DNA of 64,000 nt from an uncultured Mycoplasmatota bacterium. Lineage in GTDB: Bacteria > Bacillota_I > Bacilli_A > RF39 > UBA660. Below the pieces are notes generated by a model, which was given only the letters and a program-made list of their open reading frames with translations, did not search any database and was not told the origin of the DNA. Below, one piece after another: positions 6,249 to 15,856 of the stretch. A program made the position numbers and the translations under genes. Numbering within the stretch: position 1 is the first letter of the stretch; the number at the start of each line of letters is the position of its first letter. The DNA lies in NCBI GenBank assembly GCA_900548725.1, contig URLV01000005.1, positions 25 to 64,024 on the forward strand. Direction: 5' to 3'.

Positions 6249-9200
6249 TTCTGTTTATTTTTTCTTTTAATATTACTATTAAATATTTTATATTATGTTT
6301 TATAAATCTTGTTATTCTTTTTGGTTCACTTGCTATTCTATATAACCATTCCAAATTCAATTTAATAAAAATTCTTGGAGCACGTTTTTTAGTGCCACTT
6401 AGCACATCAAATGAACCACCTACTCCTATAAATATTCCTTTTTTGAAATCATTTATATGTTTATTAATTAATTTTTCTTGAAGAGGTATTCCTAATGCTA
6501 ACATGACTATATCAGGATTAGTTGTTTTAATATAATTCATTACTCCATCTTTATCCTTTATATAACCATTTGTTCCGCCAACTAGATTTATGTTTGGATA
6601 TTTTGTACTTATAGCATTAGTTAGTTTATCCATTACATCTTCGCTAGCACCAAATAAATATACTTTATATTTATTTTCATTCGCTAATGTTAATAAATGT
6701 TCTGCTAAATCTACTCCTGTTATTCTTTCTTTTATATTATATCCTAATAAGTTGCTTGTTTTAACTATACTTATTCCATCTGGTACTATTAAATTATTTT
6801 TATTATAAAGCATATCTGATATTTCAGAATCTTTTCTAGATAGCATATATGTTTCTGGATTAGCCGTTATAATAAATTCTTTTTCTTTATTTTTTAATTT
6901 ATTTTCAATTAAGTTATAACATTCTTTTTTATTATTTATATATAAATTAGTATAAATATTATTATGACTTATATTTTTAAAGAAATTTATATTTTCTTCT
7001 TTTATTAAATCGTAATCATATTGTTTAGATATTGATAAAGATTTTATTTGATATTCTTTTCTTACTTTTTCATCATTTATTAGATTTTTTAATTCTTTAA
7101 TCATTTCTTTTTCATTTCTATTTTTTATCAAAATACCATTTTCTTTAATTATTTCTTTTGCTCCTAATGCACTATCATATGCTATAAGTGGTAATCCATG
7201 GCTAGCAGCTTCTAAAAGTACTAATCCAAAAGATTCTTCTATTGATGTCATTATATATATAGATGATTCTTTGTAAAGCTTATTTAATTCTTCTGTATTT
7301 TTAAATCCTAATAATTTAATATTATCTTCCATATTTAATTCTTTTATAAGATTATTTAAATTATCAAACTCACTTCCAGTACCTACTATTGATAAAGTCC
7401 ATTCTTTGTTATCTAATTTATTAAATAATTTTATTAAATCATCATAACCTTTTACTTTTTCTAATCTTCCTACTGATATTATGTTTTTATTTTTTAGATT
7501 AGATAATTTATTATCAGTTTCTATTGGCATGTTATTTGTTATTATTTTATATCTATATTCTGTAAATAATTCTTTATAGTAATTAGTTAAGTAATTGCTA
7601 CTTGGCATTAAATAGTCAACACTTTTTAATATATAATGTAATTTATTTAAATATTTTGTATTATTGTTATGATAAATATGTTCTTCTGCTATTTTAATAT
7701 TATTATATTCATTATTTCTTATTAATTTTTCTGTAAAATCTATTCTAGTAGATATAATAATTTCACTATTACAATTTATCATTGATTTAGTAATTAGTGT
7801 ATGTTTTAAATAAAGTACTTTTATACTATATATACCTTGTTTTATTATGTTGATTATATTTTTAGAATGTAATGCTTCTTTTAATTCTTTTCTATTTGGT
7901 TTTATATTAGTAGTTAAATATTTAATTTTTACATTATCATTTAATTTAAAATCTGGTTTATCTTTTAATTTATACAAACTTATTATTTCTACATCATTTA
8001 TTTCACTTAATATATTTGCTTTAGTACAAATATTTTTTTCTACTCCTCCATAATTTAAATGTAGAGCGTATATTGAAACTTTATTTTTTTTGATTTTATT
8101 ATCTTTTTTATTTAATAAGTTTATTTCATTCATAGCAGGTAATAAATACATAACTATATATATAGATACAGCAGGAGCGCATAATGTATGACCACTTATA
8201 CAAGATATACTTAATAATAATCCTATCATTAATGTATAAAATACTGTATTTATATTTAATTCTCTAGATTGAATTATTTTTATTAAATAGTAAATGAAAG
8301 GTAGTAAAACTAATATTAGTGCAATAAGTCCTGAATGAAAAAATATATCTAATATATCTATTTCTATAAGTTTTGTTATTGCATAATGTTTTATTTCTAT
8401 TGTATTTGAATATCCTATTCCTAACAATAATACTTTTGCATTAAAATGTTTCGAATATATTTCATATGTTAATCTAAAATATATATCTCTTGAAGATAAC
8501 ATTATTCTTCCATATTTTTTTATTTGTTTTACTAATTTGGAATCATTGCTTAACTTGTCTTCTTTTTCTATTTCTTTTCTTATTCTTCCATATTCTTCCT
8601 CTAGAAAACGTTCGTTTTTTTCTTGTTCAGTTACTGGATCTTTTCTTGGAGGCTCTGGTTTTACTTTAACATTTTTTAATTTTTTTGGATCTTTTGGTAT
8701 ATTATATTTTACATTATTAAGTGTACTACTATTTAATATTAAAAGTATAATACCTAAAAGTATAAATCCTATTTTTAAAGTTGTTATTTTCTTTTTCTTA
8801 ATTAATGACAATACTAATATAATTGTTGTTGTAATTATTATTCCTAATACTGAAACTTTAGTTCCTAAAGAGAATATCATTAAAATCATAAATATTATTA
8901 GAACTATATTAAATTTACTTTTATTAATTTTTGTTAATAAAAATGGGTATAGTAGTGTTAAAATAACTGATATTTCATTTGCTGAATTAAACCATCCTGA
9001 ACTTCCTTTATAACCTTTGTAATTATAAGTACTAAATCCTGTATTTGTAATTAACGGTAAAAATAATAGTATTCCATATGTTATAAAATTTATTATTAGT
9101 ATTTTGATTATTTTTTCTTTATCAAATTTATGTTCATCAAAAAAGCATAATAAGCAAACTAATAATATTGGAAAATACATTGTTTTAAACATATATATTG

Positions 9201-9474
9201 ATTCTTTTATAAACATAGACATTGTTAGATATTTTATTTTTGATAAAATATATGCTAGCATGTAAATGAATATTAAAAGTATATATATTAAACCCTTCTT
9301 TTTATATTTCGATGTGGAAAAGATTAGAGTTATTAACATTATTGCTAGAAATAGTAATTTTACGATTACTCCTATACTTACTGTAAGATTAAATAATCTT
9401 GTTGATATAGATGTTAGTAAATCTATAATTGGTAATAATATTAAAAATATATATAATTTTTTGTTGTTGCTCAT
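6232..9474 (-). CDS. Triple-domain protein: Wzy/O-antigen-ligase-like polytopic domain + GT4 glycosyltransferase + WecG/TagA (GT26) N-acetylmannosaminyltransferase
   Basis: aa 1-~465 are many TM helices with a large charged loop. aa ~470-850 are GT-B/GT4 (EESFGLVLLEAASHGLPLIAYDS). aa ~860-1083 match TagA/WecG (VPDGISIV, GVGGSFDVLSGTKKRAPRIFIKLNLEWLYRIASEPKRITRF). Start moved to ATG 9474 (SD AGGTAGGTG) from GTG 9483. Confidence 0.8.
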   Translation of the reverse strand: MSNNKKLYIFLILLPIIDLLTSISTRLFNLTVSIGVIVKLLFLAIMLITLIFSTSKYKKKGLIYILLIFIYMLAYILSKIKYLTMSMFIKESIYMFKTMYFPILLVCLLCFFDEHKFDKEKIIKILIINFITYGILLFLPLITNTGFSTYNYKGYKGSSGWFNSANEISVILTLLYPFLLTKINKSKFNIVLIIFMILMIFSLGTKVSVLGIIITTTIILVLSLIKKKKITTLKIGFILLGIILLILNSSTLNNVKYNIPKDPKKLKNVKVKPEPPRKDPVTEQEKNERFLEEEYGRIRKEIEKEDKLSNDSKLVKQIKKYGRIMLSSRDIYFRLTYEIYSKHFNAKVLLLGIGYSNTIEIKHYAITKLIEIDILDIFFHSGLIALILVLLPFIYYLIKIIQSRELNINTVFYTLMIGLLLSISCISGHTLCAPAVSIYIVMYLLPAMNEINLLNKKDNKIKKNKVSIYALHLNYGGVEKNICTKANILSEINDVEIISLYKLKDKPDFKLNDNVKIKYLTTNIKPNRKELKEALHSKNIINIIKQGIYSIKVLYLKHTLITKSMINCNSEIIISTRIDFTEKLIRNNEYNNIKIAEEHIYHNNNTKYLNKLHYILKSVDYLMPSSNYLTNYYKELFTEYRYKIITNNMPIETDNKLSNLKNKNIISVGRLEKVKGYDDLIKLFNKLDNKEWTLSIVGTGSEFDNLNNLIKELNMEDNIKLLGFKNTEELNKLYKESSIYIMTSIEESFGLVLLEAASHGLPLIAYDSALGAKEIIKENGILIKNRNEKEMIKELKNLINDEKVRKEYQIKSLSISKQYDYDLIKEENINFFKNISHNNIYTNLYINNKKECYNLIENKLKNKEKEFIITANPETYMLSRKDSEISDMLYNKNNLIVPDGISIVKTSNLLGYNIKERITGVDLAEHLLTLANENKYKVYLFGASEDVMDKLTNAISTKYPNINLVGGTNGYIKDKDGVMNYIKTTNPDIVMLALGIPLQEKLINKHINDFKKGIFIGVGGSFDVLSGTKKRAPRIFIKLNLEWLYRIASEPKRITRFIKHNIKYLIVILKEKINRNVDNK

Positions 9475-9496
9475 AAAGTACACCTACCTATAAATC

Positions 9497-9505
9497 ATTA
9501 TAACA
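9497..9505 (-). promoter_or_regulatory. Extended -10 promoter for the fusion gene
   Basis: Minus strand reads TGtTATAAT, about 20 nt upstream of the SD. Confidence 0.4.
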
Positions 9506-10033
9506 AATATGATGTAGAAAAAAAATAGAATTGTTATAATATTATCCTGTAAAAGTTTCTTTTTTAATTTTTCTTAAAATAATTATTAATTAAGTATTGT
9601 TTTATATATTTTTATTATTATTTATAAATTAATATAATATAAATTAATTTGCAAAATAGTTTAAAAATGCTTCTTTTTGAACGTAAAAATAGCACTTTTA
9701 GACAATTTAGGTCTTTATGACAGTTTCATTGTTATACTTTTGTTGTCTTGTTTTAAGACTAGAAAGAGGTGATATGACTTGATGAAAAAATTAAAAGCCG
9801 TTTTACCTATAGTGGTAATACTTTGAGTTATAAACAATATAATTTCGAAATATTAATATGGTCTAAATTTATTCTAGATTAATTAAAAGTATATTAATAA
9901 TATTGTTTATACTATTTCTTTTAGCCACTAAAAAAGTTTGAGTAGCAAATAAAAGAGATAAATACGTCAAAATTTATTAAAGTGTAAACAATAATTTATA
10001 TATAGTATACGATATGTAATATTATTGCATACT

Positions 10034-10063
10034 CAAAAAAGAATCACCGTGACTGGTGATTTT
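10034..10063. terminator. Bidirectional intrinsic terminator after mnaA
   Basis: AATCACC (10042-10048) and GGTGATT (10055-10061) form the stem. It is flanked by A6 and T5 and starts right after the TAA stop at 10064-10066. Confidence 0.65.
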
Positions 10064-11176
10064 TTAATTATTATATTTATCAATAATTGCATCTACAATT
10101 TTTTTACTTGCCGTTCCATCTCCATATGGATTTGAAGCATGACTCATTTTGTTATACTCTTCTTTATTTGTTAGCAACCTTTTTGCTTCTTTATATATTG
10201 TTTCTTCATTGGTTCCAACAAGTTTTAGTGTTCCAGCATCTATTCCTTCTGGTCTTTCTGTAGTGTCTCTTAAAACTAGTACTGGTTTTCCTAAGGATGG
10301 TGCTTCTTCTTGTATTCCACCGCTATCTGTCATTATCATATAACTTTTATTTTGAAAGTTATGGAAATCAAACACTTCTAATGGTTCTATTAATTTTATT
10401 TTATTTGTGTTTCCAAATATTTCTTTTGCTATTTCTCTTACTTTAGGATTTTTATGAATGGGATATATTACTTTTACATCTTCAAATTCATCTGTTATTC
10501 TTTTGATTGCTCTAAAGATATTTCTCATTGGTTCACCTAGATTTTCTCTTCTGTGAGCTGTTAAAAGTATCATTCTTTCGTCATCTTTAATCCATTCTAA
10601 TTCTTTGTGTTTATAATTTTTGTCTACTGTTTTTGACATAGCATCTATTGCAGTATTTCCTGTAATATATATTTTATTTTCATCTATATTTTGTTTAAGC
10701 AAATTATCTTTACTTAATTTTGTAGGCGCAAAATACATATCTGTCATACAATCAACCATTTGTCTATTCATTTCTTCTGGAAAGGGTGAATATTTGTCAT
10801 ATGTTCTTAATCCAGCTTCTATATGACCAATTGCAACTTGATTATAAAATGCTGCTAGGGCTCCAGCAAAAGTTGTTGTTGTATCTCCATGTACTAAAAC
10901 TATATCAGGTTTAACTTCTTTTATTATATTTTCTAAACCTGTTAATACTCTAGATGTTATATCACTTAATGTTTGACCTTGTTTCATAATATCTAAATCA
11001 TAATTTGGTTTTATATCAAATGTTTCTAAAACTTGGTCTAACATTTCTCTATGCTGTGCAGTTACACAAACAATACTATCAATTTCTTTTCTACTTTCCA
11101 ATTCTTTTACTAGTGGTGCCATTTTGATGGCTTCTGGTCTAGTACCAAATATACTCATTACTTTTATCTTTTTCAT
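10064..11176 (-). CDS. mnaA: UDP-N-acetylglucosamine 2-epimerase (non-hydrolysing)
   Basis: 370 aa with full-length similarity to WecB/MnaA (MSIFGTRPEAIKMAPL, HGDTTT, DSGGIQEEAPSLGKPVLVLRDTTERPE). ATGA overlap with the upstream gene. Confidence 0.92.
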   Translation of the reverse strand: MKKIKVMSIFGTRPEAIKMAPLVKELESRKEIDSIVCVTAQHREMLDQVLETFDIKPNYDLDIMKQGQTLSDITSRVLTGLENIIKEVKPDIVLVHGDTTTTFAGALAAFYNQVAIGHIEAGLRTYDKYSPFPEEMNRQMVDCMTDMYFAPTKLSKDNLLKQNIDENKIYITGNTAIDAMSKTVDKNYKHKELEWIKDDERMILLTAHRRENLGEPMRNIFRAIKRITDEFEDVKVIYPIHKNPKVREIAKEIFGNTNKIKLIEPLEVFDFHNFQNKSYMIMTDSGGIQEEAPSLGKPVLVLRDTTERPEGIDAGTLKLVGTNEETIYKEAKRLLTNKEEYNKMSHASNPYGDGTASKKIVDAIIDKYNN

Positions 11177-12045
11177 TTTAAACCTCTATATTTTTTATTT
11201 AATATTTTTGCTAAAATATAACATGGTAATAAAGTTATGAAAGATAATATTTTCATTTTAGTATCTTTTAAAATATTTTTTTTAGCAATAAAAGAATACA
11301 CTCCAAATGTTAAACAATTTTTTATTCTTATAGAAAGTTTGTATTCTTTACTCATAAACATTAATGAATTAGCTCTCGCTCCTTGTGGATTATTTACAAC
11401 TAATCTCATCCAATTTTTTGAAAGTCCATCATTTAAATATTCAGCATAATAAATAACAATTGGAATATATGCTAGATTGTATTTTTTTGAAATTTCTCCA
11501 GTTACTATTGCCTCACTTAAGAAATTTTCTCCTTTAAAAACAGGATATGGATATTTTTTTAATATTTCTGTACTCATTACTTCACACATATCTGCTAAAT
11601 TACCTTCGTTATATTTAAAATCATTCATATTAGAAATACATTCTTTAAATGTCTTTTCTTTATACATTGGATTATCTAATTTTTTTAAGAATGTCATACC
11701 ACATATTTTTTCTGTATCTTTATACTTATTCCAATATTTATGGATATTTTCCACGGCTTTTTTATCTAAGTAATCATCACTATCTAATATTAATATTAAT
11801 TCACCTTTTGCTTCTTTGGTTCCTAAATTTAATGCTGTATGTTTTCCTCCATTTTCTTTATAAATATACCGTATATTTATTTTTTTATCTTTTTTTATTT
11901 TTTCAATGTATTGTTTTGTATTATCAACAGAGCCATCATCTATTACTAGCCACTCAAAATTTTTATCTGTTTGTTGTAATAAACTTTCATATGCTTTATT
12001 AATTAATTTTTCTCTATTGTATGTCGGTGTTAAAATTGTTATCAT
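11173..12045 (-). CDS. GT2 (GT-A) glycosyltransferase
   Basis: ILTPTYNRE...LVIDDGSVDNT...LDSDD motifs. SD GGAGGAAG upstream. Confidence 0.8.
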   Translation of the reverse strand: MITILTPTYNREKLINKAYESLLQQTDKNFEWLVIDDGSVDNTKQYIEKIKKDKKINIRYIYKENGGKHTALNLGTKEAKGELILILDSDDYLDKKAVENIHKYWNKYKDTEKICGMTFLKKLDNPMYKEKTFKECISNMNDFKYNEGNLADMCEVMSTEILKKYPYPVFKGENFLSEAIVTGEISKKYNLAYIPIVIYYAEYLNDGLSKNWMRLVVNNPQGARANSLMFMSKEYKLSIRIKNCLTFGVYSFIAKKNILKDTKMKILSFITLLPCYILAKILNKKYRGLK

Positions 12046-14398
12046 TTTCTTCCTCCATGCTATTGTAAATGTTTATTAATCTTTTTTCCATTATTTGCCA
12101 ATTATATTTTTCTTCATACATTTTTTTAGAATTAAATGAAATATTTTTTAATAACTTCTTATCTTTACTTATCTCTTCTAGTTTTTGTATTAATTCATTT
12201 GCGTTATAATTTATAGAAAAACCAGTTTTATTTTTTTCTACTAACTCGTCTATTCCTGTATTTTTGCAAACTATTATTGGCTTTCCTAATGCCATGGCTT
12301 CATATACTTTATTTGGTGCAGAATATTTGTGATTTTTTATATTTGGATCATAAGTTGCTAACAATATATCACAATCTTTTTCAAGACATAAAACATCATT
12401 GTATTTTAATGAACCATAAAAATATATATTTTCATGTTTTTCAGCAACTTTCTTTATTTCAGTTTCATATTTGCCAAAACCACCGATATGCAATTCAAAT
12501 TTATTATTTTTTGCAAGTTCATTTACTGTTTCCATTATTAATCTATGATCTTGTAGAATTCCAACATAAACTATTTTTTCTTTTTTTGAATTACTTTTTA
12601 TTATCCTGTTATAATTTATATTACTTAAATTTGGGGTATTATGAATAATAACTAATTTTTTTGGATTACTATTTTTTATTTGTTTTTTTCTCCATTCACC
12701 ACAAATTATTGAAACTTCAGCATTATTAATTACATTATTTTCTAACCAATTTACTTTTTTTTCTAATTTTGCGGGCATTGGTCTTGAATCTGTATAATAG
12801 TCATACATGTCATAAACTAATTTTTTATTATACATTTTAGCTATTATATTTGAAATAAAGCCACAATCAAAATCGCAAGCATGAATATATTTATATTTTT
12901 TATTATTTTTTATTAAAACTATAAATAAATATATTTGAAATAATAATAATCCAATTATATTCTTTTTAGATTCTCCATATGTTGAGTTAAATTTAAAGAA
13001 ACTACATTCTAATTTTTTGTTAGATATTTTAAAACTTTTATAATCATTAATTCTTTTGTCCCTATCCCAACCTATAACGTAAACATTATAATTATTGTTA
13101 ATTAATGATTCTATTTCTTTTGTGGCTCTTGAATCATTTATTATAGAAGTGCTCCTTACATAACATATTGTATTGTTATCTTCTTTTTTTAGTTTATAAA
13201 TACTAATTAAATATATTATAGTTTGAATAGAATATGCTATTATTAAAGTATAGTTTACTCCATTTAAATTAAATTTATTTATCATCATTTTAGATAATAT
13301 TAGACTTGTTAATAAAGATATTATTGCTCCTAGTAATAATGTCTTATAATCTCTAATTACTGTTAATATAGTACCTAAAAACCAAATAATGGCAATTATT
13401 GTTGATACTATTATTACACCACTAAATAAGTAAGTATACGGTGTTATTTCTTTTCCAAATAATAATGTTAAAAAGAAATTTGCAAAAAAATGTGAAAATA
13501 ATATTCCAGTAAATCCTATAATTATTATTAATATATTTGTTCTATTCATTATTTGTTTTAATTCTTTAATTTTATTTTTATCATAAAGTTCTGCAAAATG
13601 TGATACTAAAGGGCTAAAAATAAAGGAACATGCAACTTGAATTATTAACGCTGGTGTTGCAACTGTTGAATAATATCCTAGCATTTTTGTACCTAGAATA
13701 TTTTCTAATGTAACTTTTGGATACATTGATACATAATTGAATAAAAATCCATATATTACTAGTGGAATACAAATTATTAATAATTTTATTATATTATTTT
13801 TATTTGTGATTCCTAAATTTTTGTATTCTTTTTTATAATTTTTTATATCATAAAAATATATAAATATGTAAGTTGAAATCATCATTATAATTATCGATAA
13901 TAATATATTTTTACTTAATAATAATGTTAAAGTGAATGATATTAATGTTAATAAACCTCTTATAAAAAATGATAATCCTATAATATCAAATCTCCATTTT
14001 TTTTGTAATGAACCATGAATAACGTCAACTAGTGCTTCAGAAAGTTTAAATATCATATAAAATATAATACATAATAATTGATATATTTTAAATTGTTTTA
14101 TTAAACTATATATAATTGTTAAAATTAAGGCAATTAAACAAGTTATTATTCTTGAAGTTATATATGTTTTTTCACTGAATTTATTTTTTATATCTGATGC
14201 TTGATAATTTCTCATATTAAACGAAGCTATTACTGTATAAGTTGTTGAAACAGTCATAGCTAGTGATAATATTCCTGCTGTTTCATATCCTGCTATCCAT
14301 ACTACAATAAAAGTTATTATCCATTGACAAAATAAATATGTAAAAGAGCCTATTGAATTGTATAAAATGCTTTTTTTTATTTTATTTGATTCTTTCAT
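12014..14398 (-). CDS. Wzx-type polysaccharide flippase fused to a GT4 glycosyltransferase
   Basis: aa 1-~410 are 12-14 hydrophobic helices of MOP/Wzx type. aa ~415-794 are a GT-B domain (YSAPNKVYEAMALGKPIIVCKNTGIDELV). Confidence 0.7.
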   Translation of the reverse strand: MKESNKIKKSILYNSIGSFTYLFCQWIITFIVVWIAGYETAGILSLAMTVSTTYTVIASFNMRNYQASDIKNKFSEKTYITSRIITCLIALILTIIYSLIKQFKIYQLLCIIFYMIFKLSEALVDVIHGSLQKKWRFDIIGLSFFIRGLLTLISFTLTLLLSKNILLSIIIMMISTYIFIYFYDIKNYKKEYKNLGITNKNNIIKLLIICIPLVIYGFLFNYVSMYPKVTLENILGTKMLGYYSTVATPALIIQVACSFIFSPLVSHFAELYDKNKIKELKQIMNRTNILIIIIGFTGILFSHFFANFFLTLLFGKEITPYTYLFSGVIIVSTIIAIIWFLGTILTVIRDYKTLLLGAIISLLTSLILSKMMINKFNLNGVNYTLIIAYSIQTIIYLISIYKLKKEDNNTICYVRSTSIINDSRATKEIESLINNNYNVYVIGWDRDKRINDYKSFKISNKKLECSFFKFNSTYGESKKNIIGLLLFQIYLFIVLIKNNKKYKYIHACDFDCGFISNIIAKMYNKKLVYDMYDYYTDSRPMPAKLEKKVNWLENNVINNAEVSIICGEWRKKQIKNSNPKKLVIIHNTPNLSNINYNRIIKSNSKKEKIVYVGILQDHRLIMETVNELAKNNKFELHIGGFGKYETEIKKVAEKHENIYFYGSLKYNDVLCLEKDCDILLATYDPNIKNHKYSAPNKVYEAMALGKPIIVCKNTGIDELVEKNKTGFSINYNANELIQKLEEISKDKKLLKNISFNSKKMYEEKYNWQIMEKRLINIYNSMEEENDNNFNTDIQ

Positions 14399-15518
14399 TT
14401 ATATCACTCTCTATTTTCTTTGCTGTGTTTTTCCATAAAAATTTATCAAATACAGTACTATATATTTCTTCACTATATTTATTTCTTAAATTTTTATTAT
14501 TGATTAACAATTCTAAAGCATCTTCTAATTCTTTTTTTGAATTAATCATTATACCATTTTGTTTATTATTTATTATTTCTTTTATTCCACCTTGTGGTGA
14601 TGCGATGATTGCACATTTCATTAATCCAGCTTCTAATATTGAAGTAGGTAATCCTTCTGGCCATAAAGGCGCATATACAAATATATTTGTTTTTTCATAT
14701 AATTTTGTTAACTCTTTAAAGTCCAATTTTCCTTCAAATATAATATTTTTATTATCTTTGTATTTTTCTTTTAATATATCTAGTTTGTTACCGTTTCCGG
14801 CTAAATGTAATTCTATATTGTTATCTTGTTTACTAAGATTTACGAAACTTTCTAATAGTTCATAAACTCCTTTTTGTTTTAATATTCTTCCTGCATAAGT
14901 TATAATTATTTTCTTTTCATTCTTTTTTATTTTGTTTACATCATAGAATTCGTTAATTGAATTATACCACACACCATCAGAGTTTATTCCAAAATGTTTT
15001 TGCCATTCACAAGCACCCAATGAAACTCCATAATAATAATTTACATATTTTTTTACAAAGTGTGTCAAGCAATGTTCATATATTGCGCCAAAAAAGTCTA
15101 ATACTTTATTATCTATTGTTAAATGTTCTGAACCATGTTCTACTAAGAATACTGGAATGTTATGTTTTTTAGCATATTTTGCTCCTACCATTGTAGTTAA
15201 ATGAAATCTTGTATTTACAATAACTGCATCATATTCTTTTTTGTCTAGTTCTTTGAATATATTTTTGAATTCTTTATTATGTTTTGGAATTGGATATCTT
15301 GATTTAAATAAATTATAAATTGGTATTCTATAATTTTTTATTCCATTAATATCTTCTTCTGGTTTTAAGTTATCATAGTTTGAAGATACAATAGTTGTAT
15401 TCCATCCTAATTTTTTAAATTCTTGTGATAAATTATCTGTATATCTTTCAATACCACCAAGATGAGGTAAGTGATAACCAGAAAAAATTAATAAGTTTTT
15501 ACTTCTTTGATTTTTCAT
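14382..15518 (-). CDS. GT4 (GT-B) glycosyltransferase
   Basis: HLPHLGGIERY N-terminal motif and WPEGLPTSILEAGLMKCAIIASPQGGIKEII C-terminal signature. Confidence 0.8.
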   Translation of the reverse strand: MKNQRSKNLLIFSGYHLPHLGGIERYTDNLSQEFKKLGWNTTIVSSNYDNLKPEEDINGIKNYRIPIYNLFKSRYPIPKHNKEFKNIFKELDKKEYDAVIVNTRFHLTTMVGAKYAKKHNIPVFLVEHGSEHLTIDNKVLDFFGAIYEHCLTHFVKKYVNYYYGVSLGACEWQKHFGINSDGVWYNSINEFYDVNKIKKNEKKIIITYAGRILKQKGVYELLESFVNLSKQDNNIELHLAGNGNKLDILKEKYKDNKNIIFEGKLDFKELTKLYEKTNIFVYAPLWPEGLPTSILEAGLMKCAIIASPQGGIKEIINNKQNGIMINSKKELEDALELLINNKNLRNKYSEEIYSTVFDKFLWKNTAKKIESDINERIK

Positions 15519-15855
15519 TTTCTTTTACCTCTTTTTTTAACATAGATACTTCTTGTACTAATAATTTAATTTTTTCTGTTTGACCAGATATAATAATTGT
15601 CATAGAAATATTTATTACTACAAGTATACCTATAAAGAATACGATTATTAAATTTGATGATAAATTAAAGCCTAAGAATTTAGTAATTACATTTAATAGA
15701 TTTGGTACTAGTAAAGATATTAATAATAGTCCAAATGCAATTAACCATACTAAAGAATACTTAATATTCATTCTACCTTTTTTTAATATATTTAATATTA
15801 CTAATATTATAAATAGAGTTATTATTATTGAATAGATTAATAGTTTACCTGTCAT
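15499..15855 (-). CDS. DUF2304-like small membrane protein
   Basis: 118 aa with four hydrophobic helices plus a C-terminal charged coil. It sits in the typical position immediately after a DPM1-like GT2. Confidence 0.6.
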   Translation of the reverse strand: MTGKLLIYSIIITLFIILVILNILKKGRMNIKYSLVWLIAFGLLLISLLVPNLLNVITKFLGFNLSSNLIIVFFIGILVVINISMTIIISGQTEKIKLLVQEVSMLKKEVKENEKSKK

Positions 15856-15856
15856 A

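Noticed and set aside
8537-9013. Antisense ORFs from the six-frame track. Examples: 8537-9013, 4787-5005, 5399-5590, 6221-6808, 11237-12002, 12277-12648, 14353-14865, 32512-32931, 47295-47951, 61479-61847, 62679-63026.
   Set aside because: All lie entirely inside, and opposite to, long ORFs with clear family motifs. Their translations are low-complexity F/L/I/S/N-rich strings, as expected from reading AT-rich coding DNA backwards. No SD or promoter support.
9671-9712. Shared motif TTCTTTT..ACGTAAAAA..TTTT.AGACA between 9671-9712 and 49113-49152. A weaker third copy is TTCTTTACGTAAA near 60046.
   Set aside because: By hand alignment about 29 of 40 positions match, with one gap. In DNA this AT-rich that is not clearly above chance, and I cannot compute significance here.
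9782-9826. 14-codon ORF MKKLKAVLPIVVIL as a second type I toxin.
   Set aside because: It is too short, ends in the middle of a signal-peptide-like helix, and has no convergent sRNA promoter or terminator. More likely it is the stump of a lost gene. Kept only as part of the 9484-10063 observation.
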